64,000 nucleotides of DNA from assembly GCA_026914245.1 (NCBI GenBank), contig CP110439.1:3720001-3784000 (forward strand), written 5' to 3'. This document shows, in pieces, positions 36,401-48,384 of this stretch (position 1 is the stretch's first letter; each line of letters begins with the position of its first letter). A program made the translations under genes and the position numbers. This DNA comes from Puccinia triticina (taxonomy: Eukaryota). The notes beneath the pieces were generated by a model that had not been told where the DNA came from, did not search any database, and was given only the letters and a program-made list of their open reading frames with translations.

Positions 36401-36906
36401 CCTAATTGGGTATTTTTTGGTGTTTCTGCCACTGTATCTCAACCCGCAATGGGAATGATTTCATGATATTGATACCATTATGATAAGGCATATTGAGAGA
36501 TTAATTTGGGTCAGCTCTTGACCATGAAAATCCCAAAATGAGGCAGCTACAGTCTCATGAGTCTCAAAATATCACCAAATTGGGCTTTTCTTTCTGTTTC
36601 CGCCACCATATCTCAACTGGGAATGGTGATTATTTCATGATATTGGTACCAGAATATTCATCCATTTCCAAATATTATTTTGGTTTAGCTTTCATGTATG
36701 GAAATGCCCAAAAGAAGCTGCTATAGTCTGATTAGTCCCAAAACATTGCCTAATTGGGTATTTTCTGGTGTTTCTGCCACTTTATCTCAACCCGCAATGC
36801 AAATGATTTCATGATATTGATACCATTGTGACAAGACATATTGAGAGATTAAATTGGGTCAGCTCTTGACCATGAAAATCCCTAAATGAGGCAGCTACAG
36901 TCTCAT
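33500..36906 (+). repeat. 348-bp (2 x about 174-bp) tandem satellite, left arm
   Basis: Recurring units (pseudo-ORFs at 34520, 34868 and 35216, spaced 348 bp), e.g. CCCAAAATG(T/A)GGCAGCTACAGTCTCATGAG. Confidence 0.95.
35299..36095 (+). mobile_element. Solo LTR 2 (TGTGGT family)
   Basis: CCGG|TGTGGTAGCC...CTGACAGGAGTCCATA|CCGG. Internal similarity to solo LTR 1. Confidence 0.8.
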
Positions 36907-37216
36907 TTGGTGATATTTTGAGACTCTTGAGACTGCAGCTGCCTCATTTTGGGATTTTCATTGTCAAGAGCTGACCCAAATTAATCTCTCAACATGTCTT
37001 AGGCCCCGTTTGGCACCAGAATAATCAGCAACATATCACACAAATATTTCATGATTATGTTGGTGAAATGCTGATGGTGTTTGGCAAAGTGACATTTACA
37101 TATTGTGTAATTAGACTTACTAATGCTCGATATATCGGCAGCTCAGAAAGTGAAACCCATAACCCCCACAACGCGCAACTTCCAACAACCTCACAACTCG
37201 CAAATTTCAACAACCA

Positions 37217-39054
37217 ATGAACAACCAAGCTCCACCCAACCAACCTGGAGACACTCAACACCTAGAATCCACCTCGCAATTGCCTCGCACACCTAACTAT
37301 CGCGGCCGCGGCAGCGGGAAGGGTCGTCCAAGAGGTTCACGTGCGGGAGGACCTAATCGTCACAGTACAGGGAGTCATGCAGCTACTGTTGATGCGATCG
37401 AGCGCCTTGGTCCACCATCTCGAGAGTCTCAAGCAAGCGGTACAGCAGGAGACTTTGAAAACCCAGAAGATCAAACACTTACAGCTTCGACTTACTCCCA
37501 TCAAGGCCCAAAAAAGCTACGCTGGACTGGACCAATGGAGGTGATGCTCCTGGATCTTTATGTCCGAGAGGTCGAGAAAGGAAAACAATCCAATAACGGC
37601 TTCCAAAACACCACTCACCAACACGTAGCACAACAACTGAGGGAGGCTTTCCCCGCAACCAAACAGCTACTTGACTACAGCAAATGCAAGACAAAGCTGA
37701 ACCAATTGTTCAAGAAAGACTACGATCTGTTCCTTGCATGTAAGGAATCGAGTGGGTTTGGTTGGGACGAAACGTTGTGCGAGGTCACAGCATCCAATGA
37801 AGTCTGGGAACGGTACTGTGCTGTAAGCCATTCCGTTGTCCATTTTTTCATCGCCATGTCAGAAGCACTGACATCAATTGGCTTCTTTTTGGTTTCAAGG
37901 TGCACCCAAACGCAAGGAAGTTCTGGGGAGTCCCTTATCCTGAGTTTCGCAACTTGGATAAAATATTTGGGACTTTCTTGGCAACCGGCAAGGGATCTCA
38001 ATCACTTTCTCAGCAATTGCTCGTGGAGACCCAACCAAACAATCCAAAAACTTTGGGTGATATAGTTGATTGTCAGAACGAACCTGCAAACAGTCCAACT
38101 AACTACCTCTCTCGCGGCCACAAGAGAGACTCCGTTGCAAGTGCAATCAACGGCTTGGTTGGATTCATGGACTCCCGACGACTTGAGCAAAGGGAATCTC
38201 GCAAGACCAATCTTCAGCTCGCAATGGAGCTCTATCAAGATGCGCACGCTGTGGAACTCCTACCGTGCCAGGCGGTAGGCAGTGCTTGGAAGGGAAAGTG
38301 GTGATGAGCCTGCCTTCCTGTGAGGTCCTAGGATGAATGAGATCTGAGAAAACCAGAGAAAGGGGGTTGAACAACAATGTCAGTGAGACTTGTTGGCGGG
38401 TTTGGGGGTTGAGGATCTGGAAAGGGATGCTGATGAGGATCTTGAGGGTTGATAAGGATCTGATGAGGTGATGAGGATAAGGATCTGTGAATCTTGATGG
38501 TGTATTTTGTGGATCAGAAGACTGCCATGCCTCCCCATCATCTGAGTTCAAACTTCAAACTCAGACTCCAGGAAGTGAACATGTCACAGACATGTTCATC
38601 ACATCTCTAACTACAAACAAGCTCTGCACAACACAAACAAAACAACACATACACAAAGAAAGATCAACCACATACATAGAAAAATGAGGAGAGTAACATA
38701 AGAGAATGGGTGCAATGTATCATAAAGAACAGAGAGAAAAATCAACAACAATCATCAATATCAATAATAACATCTTGAATCTTGAGCTTGAGGTTTGAGA
38801 TAGAGAATCTTGAAGTCTTGATCTTGATAACTGGTCACTTGAATCTTGAGTCTTCATCTGGATCTTGAACCATGGACTGTCTGTACCATTTTGCTCACCA
38901 CAACACCGAAGAGGCTAGTCAACACAAGGCCTAATTGGACGCTTTTGCAATCTTCCGAGACGATATAAATGCACAAATGTTTTCAAGCATCAAAGACAAG
39001 GATCTTCGATCCAAATGGCTCAAACAGCAGATTGATAAGATGCGCGGAAATTAA
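37217..39054 (+). pseudogene. Harbinger Myb/SANT-like DNA-binding protein, interrupted by solo LTR 3
   Basis: LRWTGPMEVMLLDLY...SSGFGWDETLCEVTASNEVWERY^HPNARKFWGVPYPEFRNLDKIFG. The frame resumes after 38906 (...DLRSKWLKQQIDKMRGN*) with one premature TAA. Confidence 0.85.
38250..38902 (-). mobile_element. Solo LTR 3 (TGTGGT family)
   Basis: Minus strand TGTGGTGAGC...GGAGTTCCACA. 4-bp TSD ACGC/ACAC. Excision restores DAHAEEASQ. Confidence 0.8.
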
Positions 39055-39252
39055 ATTTTCATTGTACTTCACTCGACTTCAAATGAATTCCTCAATTTAA
39101 ACAAAACACAATTTTTTTTTCTCTCTAATGAAATTCCAGCTTTCTCTAATAAAAAAACACCTGTGATATCTGAAATGTGAGAGATCCAAAAAAAGTGAGA
39201 GGTCCAAACATGATGTGAGAGAAATAATGTATGGGAGCAAGTACAAGAGCAA

Positions 39253-41800
39253 TCATAATTGCTGCCTTCTGGCCAAGGTTGAGGGGTACTGCTGCCATAG
39301 ACCCTCGGCAATGGAGTCTTGCCAGTTTTCACACTCCTCCCTCTTGCAATCACTCAAGTAGACACCTGTGGGGGGAGGATCAACGACCTCTTGATTGTGG
39401 AACAGGCTATTGGTGCTATTGGCATTTGCCTGATTGAAAATTTGATTGGTCTGACCGTTCCGTATGATGTTGATATTGTGGATGCAAGCACATGCAAACA
39501 CAATATCATACTGCTGCTCAAGGTTTTACTCGCTGGCCTGCATCATAATCTTAAATCAATGTTTAATCACCCCAAAAGCGCGCTGAATAACGTTCTGTAG
39601 ACTTGAATGTCTTAAATTGAAAAGTGTCAGGCTCAGTGATGCCAAGAGCAATATAGCTCCTCTAGCTACACCGGCGACAGAGCACGGTGCGGTGGTAAGC
39701 GCGATAAGAGCGCGGTGAGAAGGGTAAAAAATAACTCAAAGTTATTTTTAAGAGAAAACCCAAAAGGGTTGTAACAGAGGGGCCAGGAGCGCCTGGGGTA
39801 TTTAAGTGCCCTCTGGTGGTCTTACAGGGCCTGCGCACGATATACGCAGGGGTGTTTATGGAACCTGTGACTTCTGGGGCCCAATTAAGGGTGTTTTTTG
39901 AACGTATTAACGTTCCCAGGGCAAGGGATATGATCCCGATAAAGAAAGAAGGAAACAGCGGACTTACTCTTAAAGAGGGTCCGCAAAAGAAGACGGCAGA
40001 CGACTCAAAGAACCAAAATCGTAACTATACTGGCAAGCGACCGGTCGGGTAGACGGGGCGGGGCAGGTATGGCGACGAGGTGGTTGGTATGAATCTGGGG
40101 AGGCTTCTTCTTGCTCAGAAGCCTCCCTTTATATATTCTTGCGGCGACCGGTAGGGTCGCCGTTCCTATTGCAAATTACTCGCGGCTTCTTGGCCGGGGA
40201 CATAGCTAGTTCGGACAGGAGTGATCTCGAGTTCTACTACTCTGACCACTCCTGTTCACTGTTCTTATTATTGAGTGTAGCTCTTCCTTGGTCCGAGGAA
40301 GAGTTTTTCATTTAGGACGTCTATTCTCGGTTGAGAACTTTGGGCTGGGGGAGAGTAGACTGTTCACTTTATTGCTATTCTCCTCCGGCCGGCTCCACTC
40401 AATCAGTTCTATTGTCACTTCTTAGAACAATAGGACAGGAGAATGTCTAGCACTCGTTCTCTTGGCTTGAGAACGCTTTTGTATCCCGTTCTCTTGTTAT
40501 AAGAACGGGTTTCACTCATAACTAAATTCTTTCTCCGGCCAATACCTGCGGCCGGAGTTTGTACACTCTCTCCTCGATTCTATCAATCGTTTGAGGGGAG
40601 GGTTTTTGCATATTCATATTCTTATTTGCGGCGCTCTGCGCCGCACTCAGTGCTCAAAAAGTCGTAGTCGCTAAAGCTGTGTAGGTTTCGCGACTACTTG
40701 GCGCTCTGCGCCGCGAATAGTATGCACAGTTAGCAACACATGTAGAATTGTTAGCTGGGCTCTAACTTATTCTAGTAGCCCGGCTGACAAAAATTTCCTC
40801 TTTGTTTGCTGGTCTAGAAGCCAAAAAATTTAATTAGATCTGTGTATCTATTTTGATAAGATGAAGAGCTATTCAAACTGACCTTCTGCTGACAATCGCT
40901 TGCTCTCTTAAGTGATAACGCGTACCTCGATAAGGCACCAAGATATTTGGTTCCAGCGCATAACCAGAATCGGCGAGATAAAAATGGCTGGGATCAATAT
41001 TGAAATCCTGCGATCGTGCATCTTGAAGTACTCGGGCATTGTGCGCGCTGCCCTCCCATCCCACTCGCATGTATGTGAACTTCATGCTGAAGTCACACAC
41101 ACCTAGCACATTCTGAGACAAGAAACCTTTTCGATTGCGGTGCGCCGCTGCTCTTTCAGCAGGTACACTTGCCGGGACGTGAACACACTCGAGTGCCCCA
41201 AGACATCGGTCAAAAAAAGGAGTGAACTTCGGATTTGATGCTATGTGATGATGGGTTCGATTGGGCAACGGAGCAATGAAAAACTTTGGAGCAACCTGGA
41301 CTATGAGTTTGAGTATGTGCCGCAAGACCCTAATGGCACAATCTGTTAGCTGTTGAACATCAAAGGTTCCAAATTAAGATTGCATACCTTGATATTGTCT
41401 CCCCAGAGTGCTGAAACCAGTCTTGAGTCTGCCAATTTGAGTTATTGTGGCCAATGATCTAGAGGAAAATTTCTAGTTGTTCTTCCATTGGGAGGAGTTT
41501 TGAGACAGGTTCATTTTGGACACCCAAGAGCTCATCGCATATGAAAAGGAAAGTTGATGTGGTTACTCAAAAGACATCAACCGTACGGCAAGGATTTCCC
41601 TGAAGAACTGCCAGGGTGTAGTCTGCACCAGATAAGGGCAGGTCGTTGTAGGGCCTTCGAACACCTCCGTAGCGAGTCAAAGTGGTCAGCAGAAGTGTGA
41701 TTGCAATCATAAAAATGTTTTCTTCATTGAGAAGAAAATCATCATCTTCCGTTAGTTTTCGAGGTTGATTTAAGGTGGGTGGATGGCTAATTTGCTTGGT
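39253..41800 (-). pseudogene. Harbinger/HARBI1-type DDE nuclease, interrupted and inactivated
   Basis: FDRCLGALECVHV...RNRKGFLSQNVLGVCDF...GWEGSAHNARV...YLADSGY...PYRGTRYHL...FNLRHSSLQNVIQRAFG...FACACIHN. The expected catalytic D and E appear substituted. Confidence 0.88.
39625..40789. mobile_element. Solo LTR 4 (different family, 5-bp TSD)
   Basis: AAAAG|TGTCAGG...GGCTGACA|AAAAT. Excision restores the nuclease frame NKEE(L/I)FNLRH. Confidence 0.8.
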
Positions 41801-44800
41801 GGTTTGTTGCAGCGGCTGGGATTATTACGATGTACTGCCAAACGCTAGCGACATATTAAATTAAAATTTATTTCAGGTGAAATAATCAAAATGTCACAGA
41901 TTATTTCACTACTGATTATTTCACCAATTATTTCAGTGCCAAACGGGGCCTTAGTATAATGGTATCAATATCACGAAATAAATGTTAGCCCCGGTTCAGA
42001 TACCGTGGCAGAAACACCACAATATACCCAATTAGGCAATATGTTGAGACTAATTAGACTATAGCAGCTCCTTTTTGGGATTTCAATCCATGAACTCTAA
42101 ACCAAAAGAATCCTTGGACAATCATAAATATTCTGGTACCAATAGCATGAAATGATCACCATTCCTGGTTGAGATATAGTGGCAGAAACACAAAGAAAAA
42201 CATAATTTGGTGATTTTTTGAGACCCATGAGACTGTAGCTGCCACACTTTGGGTTTTTCATGGGCAAGAGCTGACCCAAATTAATCTCTCAAAAGCTCTT
42301 ATCATAATGGTATCAATATCATGAAATCATTCCCATTGCGGGTTGAGATACAGTGGCAGAAACACCAAAAAATACCCAATTAGGTGATATCTTGAGACTA
42401 ATCCGACTATAGCAGCTCCTTTTGGGCATTTCCAGACATGAAAACTATACCAAAATAATCTTTATAAATGGATGAATATTCTGGTACCAATATCATGAAA
42501 TAATCACCATTCCAGGTTGAGATATGGTGGCAGAAACAGAAAGAAAAGACCAATTTGGGGATATTTTGAGACTCATGAGACTGTAGCTGTCTCATTTTGG
42601 GATTTTCATGGTCAAGAGCTGACCAAAATTAATCTCTCCAAATTTCTCATCATAATGGTATCAACATCATGAAATAAATGTTAGCCCTGGTTCAGATACA
42701 GTGGCAGAAACACCATAAAATACCCAATTAGGCAATGTTTTGAGACTAATCAGACTATAGCAGCTTCTTTTGGGCATTTCCATACATGAAAGATATACAA
42801 AAATCATCTTTGGAAATGGATGGATATTCTGTTCCCAATATCATGAAATAATCACCATTCCCGGTTGAGATATAGTGGCAGAAACACAAAGAAAAGCACA
42901 ATTTGGGGCCATTTTGAGACTCACAAGACTGTAGCTGCCTCATTTTGGGATTTTCATTGTTAAGAGCTGACAAAAATTAATCTCTCCACATTTCTTATTA
43001 TAATTGTATCAATATCATGAAATCACTCCCATTGCGGGTTGAGATACAGTGGCAGATACACCCAAAAAAACCCAATTAGGCCATATTTTGAGACTAATCA
43101 GACTATACTAGCTGCTTTTAGGCATTTCCATCCAAGAAAGCTTTACCAAAATAATATTTGGAAATGGATGAATATTCTGGTCCCAATATCATGAAATAAT
43201 CACCATTCCCGGTTGAGATATAGTGGCAGAAACACAAAGAAAACCCCAATTTGGTGATATTTTTAGACTCATGAGAATGTAGCTGCCACATTTTAGGATT
43301 TCCATGGTCAGGAGCTGACCCAAAGTAATCCCTCACCATATCTTATCATATGGGTATCAACATCATGAAATCATTCCCATTGCCGGGTTGAGATACAGTG
43401 GCAGAAACACCAAAAAAGTCCCAATCAGGTGATATTTCAAGACTAATCAGACTATAGCAGCTCCTTTTGGGCAATTCCATACATGAACTCTAAACCAAAA
43501 GAATGCTTGGACAATTATCAATATTCTGGTACCAATAGCATGAAATGATCACCATTCCTGGTTGAGATATAGTGGCAGAAACACAAAGAAAAACATAATT
43601 TGGTGATTTTTTGAGACCCATGAGACTGTAGCTGCCACATTTTGGGTTTTTCATGGGCAAGAGCTGGCTGAAATTAATCTCTCAAAAGCTCCTATCATAA
43701 CGTCATCAATATCATGCAATCATTCCCATTACGGGTTGAGATACAGTGGTAGAAACACCAAAAAATACCCAATTAAGCAATATTTTGAGACTAATCAGAC
43801 TATAGCAGTTGCTTTGGGAATTTCCATCCATGAAAGCTATACCAACATAATCTTTGCAAATGGATTAATATTCTGGTCCCAATATCATGAAATAATCACA
43901 ATTCCCGGTTGAGATATGGTGGCAGAAACAGAAACAAAAGCCCAATTTGGTGATATTTTGAGACCCATGAGACTGTAGCTGCCATATTTTGGGTTTTTCA
44001 TGGGCAAGAGCTGACCCAAATTAATCTCTCAAAAGCTCTTATCATAATGGTATCAATATCATGAAATCATTTGCATTGTGGGGTTGAGATACACTGGCAG
44101 AAAAAACATAAAATTTGATATTTTGAGACTAATCGGCCTATAGCAGCTCCTTTTCGGCATTTCCATACATGAAAGCTATACCAAAATATTCTTTTGAAAT
44201 GGATGAATATTCTGGTCCCAATATCATGAAATAATTACCATTCCTGGTTGTGATATAGTAACAGAAACACAAAGAAAACCCCAATTCGGTGATATTTTGA
44301 GACTCATGAGAATGTAGCTGCCACATTTTGGGATTTCCAAGGTCAAGAGCTGACCCAAAGCAATCCTGCAACATGTCTTATCATATTTATATCAATATCA
44401 TGAAATCCTTTGCATTGCAGGTTGATATACAGTGGCAGAAACACCATAAAATACCCAATTAGGCAATATCTTGAGACTAATCAGACTATAGCAGCTCCTT
44501 TTGGGCATTTCCATACATGAAAGATAAACCAAAATAATCTTTGGAAATGGATGAATATTCTGGTCCCAATATCATGAAATGATCACCATTCCCAGTTGAT
44601 ATATAGTGGCACTTACAGAAAGAAAAGCCCTGCAATTTGGTGATTGTTTGAAACCTATGAGACTGTAGCTGCCACATTTTGGGTTTTCCATGGTCAAGAG
44701 CTTACCCAAATTAATCCCCCAACATTTATTATCATGATGGTATCAATATCATGAAATAAATGATAGCCCCAGTTCAGATACAGTGGCAGAAACACCAAAA

Positions 44801-45786
44801 ATACCCAATTAGGCAATATTGAGACTGATCAGACTATAGCAGCTGCTTTTGGGCATCTCCATACATGAAAGCTATACCAAAATAATCTTTGCAAATGGAT
44901 GAATATTCTGGTCCCAATATCATGAAATAAGCACCATTTCAGGTTGAGATATAGTGGCAGAAACACAAAGAAAACCCCAATTTGGTGATATTTTGAGACT
45001 CATGAGAATGTAGCTGCCACATTTTGGGATTTCCACGGCCGAGAGCTGACCCAAAGTAAACCCGCAACATGTCTTATCATAATTGTATCAATATCATGAC
45101 ATCATTTGCATTGCAGGTTGATATACAGTGGCAGAAACACCAAAAAATACCCAATCAGGCAATATTTTGAGATTAACCAGACTAGAGCAGCTTCTTTTCG
45201 GCATTTCCATACATGAAAGCTATACCAAAATAATCTTTGGAAATGGATGAATATTCTGGTACCAATATCATGCAATAATCACCACTCCCGGTTGAGATAT
45301 GGTGGCAGAAACAGAAAGAAAAGCACAATTTGGTGATATTTTGACCCTCATTAAACTGTAGCTGCCTCATTTTGGGATTTTCATGGTCAAGTTCTGACCC
45401 AAAGTAATCCGGCAACATGTTTTATCATAATGGTATCAATATCATGAAATCATTTGCATTGCAGGTTGATATACAGTGGCAGAAACACCATAAAATACCC
45501 AATTAGGCAATATCTTGAGACTAATCAGACTATAGCAGCTCCTTTTGGGCATTTCCGTACATGAAAGCTAAACCAAAATAATCTTTGGAAATGGATGAAT
45601 ATTCTGGTCCCAATATCATGAAATGATCGCCATTCCCAGTTGATATATAGTGGCACTTACAGAAAGAAAGGCCCTGCAATTTGGTGATTGTTTGAGACCC
45701 ATGAGACTGTAGCTGCCACATTTTGGGTTTTTCATGGTCAAGAGCTGACCCAAATTAATCCCTCAACATTTATTATTATAATTTTA

Positions 45787-45970
45787 CAGTGACACCGCCA
45801 TGTAAGCATAAGGATGGTGGACAAAAATCCTATGCTTACATTGCGGTATGCTTCTTATTGAGGTAAAATCCCAGCAAAACCAAGAGAATGGTCGCAGGAA
45901 ATCTACATTTATGCTATGCTTACATCGTGATTATGCTTACATCGTGAATGCTTACATGGCGGGGTCACTG
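45787..45970. mobile_element. Tc1/mariner-type MITE
   Basis: TA|CAGTGACACCGCCATGTAAGCAT...ATGCTTACATGGCGGGGTCACTG|TA. Confidence 0.88.
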
Positions 45971-47625
45971 TATCAATATCATGAAATAAATATTAGCCCC
46001 AGTTCAGATACAGTGGCAGAAACACCAAAAATACCCAATTAGGCAATATTTTGAGACTAATCAGACTATAGCAGCTCCTTTTGGGCATTTCCATGAATGA
46101 AAGCTTTACCAAAATAGTCTTCGCAAATGGATGAATATTCTGGTCCCAATATCATGAAATAAGCACCATTCCAGGTTGAGATACAGTGGCAGAAACACAA
46201 AGAAAACCCCAATTTGGTGATATTTTGAGACTCACAAGAATGTAGCTGCCACATTTTGCGATTTTCATGGTGAAGAGCTGACCCAAATTAATCTCTCAAT
46301 ATGTCTTATCATAATGGTATCAGTATCATGAAATCATTCGCATTGCGGGTTGAGATACAGTGGCAGAAACACCAAAAAATACCCAATTAGGCAATATTTT
46401 GAGACTAATAAGACTATAGCAGCCCCTTGTGGGCATTTCCATACATGAAAGCTATACCTATTTATTTTTTGGAAATGGATGAATATTCTGGTACCAATAT
46501 CATGAAATAATCACCATTCCCGGTTGAGATATAGTGGCAGAAACAGAAAGAAAAGCCCAATTTGGTGATAATTTGAGACTCATGAGACTGTAGCTGCCTC
46601 ATTTTGCGATTTTCATGGTCAAGAGCTGACCCAAATTAATCTCTCAACATATCTTATTATAATAGTATCAATATCATGAAATAAATATTAGCCCTGTTTC
46701 AGACACAGTGGCAGAAACACCAAAAAATACTCAATTAGGCAATATTTTGAAACTAATCAGACTTTAGCCGCTTGGTTTTGGGATTTTAATCCATGAAAGC
46801 TACACCAGAATACTCTTTGCAAATGGATGAACATTCTGGTACCAATATCATGGAATAATCAACATTCCTAGTTGAGATATAATGGCAGAAACACAAAAAA
46901 AGAGGCAATATTTCCTGACTGATTAAATGGGGCTGCTACATTGGGAGATTTTCATTGGAAAAAAGCCTTCCTAAATTAATATTTCAAAATTTCCCATCAT
47001 TATGGTACCAATATCATGAATTCATCCCCATTGCTAGTTGAGATATAGTTGTAGAAACACAACAAAACCAACAAATTAGGCAATATTTCACGCTGATCAG
47101 ACTGTAACTGCAACATTTTGGGACTTTCATAGACCAAAAATTTCTCACATTATTGTTCAGATATTTCTGATCCTCATGGTACCAATATCATGAAATAAAT
47201 TATAGCCCTGGTTGACACACAGTGGCAGAAGCACAAAAAATACCGCGTGATAATTTTAGGGGATAGTTTCAAACCAACCAGACTCAATCAATCTCTTTAC
47301 ATTCAAAAAATGTTGAACCTCAGATTCTGAGATAACATCAGTTGACCCATTGAATATATTGGGGAAACACCTCCCATTTGTCTTTCATTGAACAAAAGAC
47401 GCAAAAGACACCTTACTCAAACCTGGTACAAACGTTAAATCAATCTCAGGCCTAGTAGAAATTTAGGATATTGGATATGATGAGTGATATATACAAGCCA
47501 TTAAATTTGAACAAAATTGATGTAGCATGATATATTGAGACTGATTGGTTTTTCTTTTTTTTTTCCTTTTTTTTGGAAAGGAGATTTCAACACTTCTGCA
47601 AGGTTCAAGTGACAATAGTTCATGC

Positions 47626-48061
47626 CAAGGGTGAAAGCGCTGCGCTTCAAAAAGCGCAGCGGTTTTGGTGGCCGCTGCGCTGCGCTGAAAGTAGCGGCCC
47701 CGCCCGCTGCGCTACCGCTTTTTGGGTCTGGCAAGAAGCAGGGACCCGCTACTTTCAGCGGTAGCGCAGCGGAACCATTGCTGCGCTACCGCTTTTTGAC
47801 CTGGTCGCGTGGCGCTCCCCTGCTGCCAGCCAAAAAAGCGCAGCTGTTTTGGTGGCCGCTGCGCGGCGCTGAAAGGAGCGGCCCCGTCCGCTGCGCTACC
47901 GCTTTTTGGGTCGGGGAAAAAGCGGGCCCCCGCTATTTTCAGCGGTAGCGCAGCGGGACTGGCGCTGCGCTACCGCTTTTTGGGCTGACCGCGCAGCGGT
48001 TCCCTGCTGCGCTGCGCTAAAAGACCACTTTTTTGTAGCGCAGCGCAGCGTTTCAGCCTTG
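47626..48061. mobile_element. GC-rich MITE (P-like if the TSD is 7 bp; a 9-bp reading is also possible)
   Basis: TTCATGC|CAAGGGTGAAA...TTTCAGCCTTG|TTCATGC. Many GCGCAGCG/CGCTGCGC motifs. The empty site is visible in the left CACTA arm near 33133. Confidence 0.85.
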
Positions 48062-48384
48062 TTCATGCCTCCCCATTCCCCCTCCCCCCTCCCCCTCCCT
48101 GCCTGACTTAACAGACTATTTTTCTCAGGAATTACACATGAGTATGTAAAAATGACCTATTTGATCTGGCAACAAAATGAAGCTTTTACTATGTTCAAAA
48201 ACTAAGACAGGGGGAAATCAAGAGAAAGAGAGATGATAGAAGGGTTATGATGTTGCAGGAAGGAAAAAAATTTAAGAGAAATTTCAAAAAAAAAATAAAA
48301 AATGATCAATAATATAATTTGATCAATATATGCCTTCCCAAATTCATCCATGTTTGTAGTGTTAGCACGGACAGGAGTCCCTCA

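Larger units (their letters stand above)
37002..41950. mobile_element. PIF/Harbinger transposon (decayed, formerly autonomous)
   Basis: TTA|GGCCCCGTTTGGCAC...GTGCCAAACGGGGCC|TTA, enclosing convergent Myb/SANT and DDE nuclease genes. Confidence 0.92.
36907..47230 (-). repeat. Same 348-bp satellite in inverted orientation, right arm (interrupted by Harbinger and a MITE)
   Basis: Orientation flips at about 36907 (...CAGTCTCAT|TTGGTGATATTTTGAGAC...). Units at 42407/42755, 44138/44486 and 45182/45530. Confidence 0.95.
32838..48361. mobile_element. Non-autonomous foldback CACTA (En/Spm) element, 15.5 kb including nested insertions
   Basis: TTA|CACTAAAAACATGGATGAATTTGGGAAGGC...GCCTTCCCAAATTCATCCATGTTTGTAGTG|TTA. 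About 0.7 kb of unique sequence and the satellite arrays are inverted between the arms. No transposase. Confidence 0.9.
31957..48384 (+). mobile_element. Solo LTR 1 (TGTGGT family), split by the CACTA element (pieces 31957-32837 and 48362-48384)
   Basis: CCGA|TGTGGTGGCC...CGACTGCCGCCGCTTA [CACTA] GCACGGACAGGAGTCCCTCA|CTGG. The end matches the end of solo LTR 2. Excision restores the copia frame AILAGTHLLAWK. Confidence 0.8.

Noticed and set aside
34158..46254. Family of about 62-aa MWQLQSHESQ... ORFs as a peptide gene array
   Set aside because: Chance ORFs of the 348-bp satellite. Starts, stops and frames vary among units, and both orientations occur.
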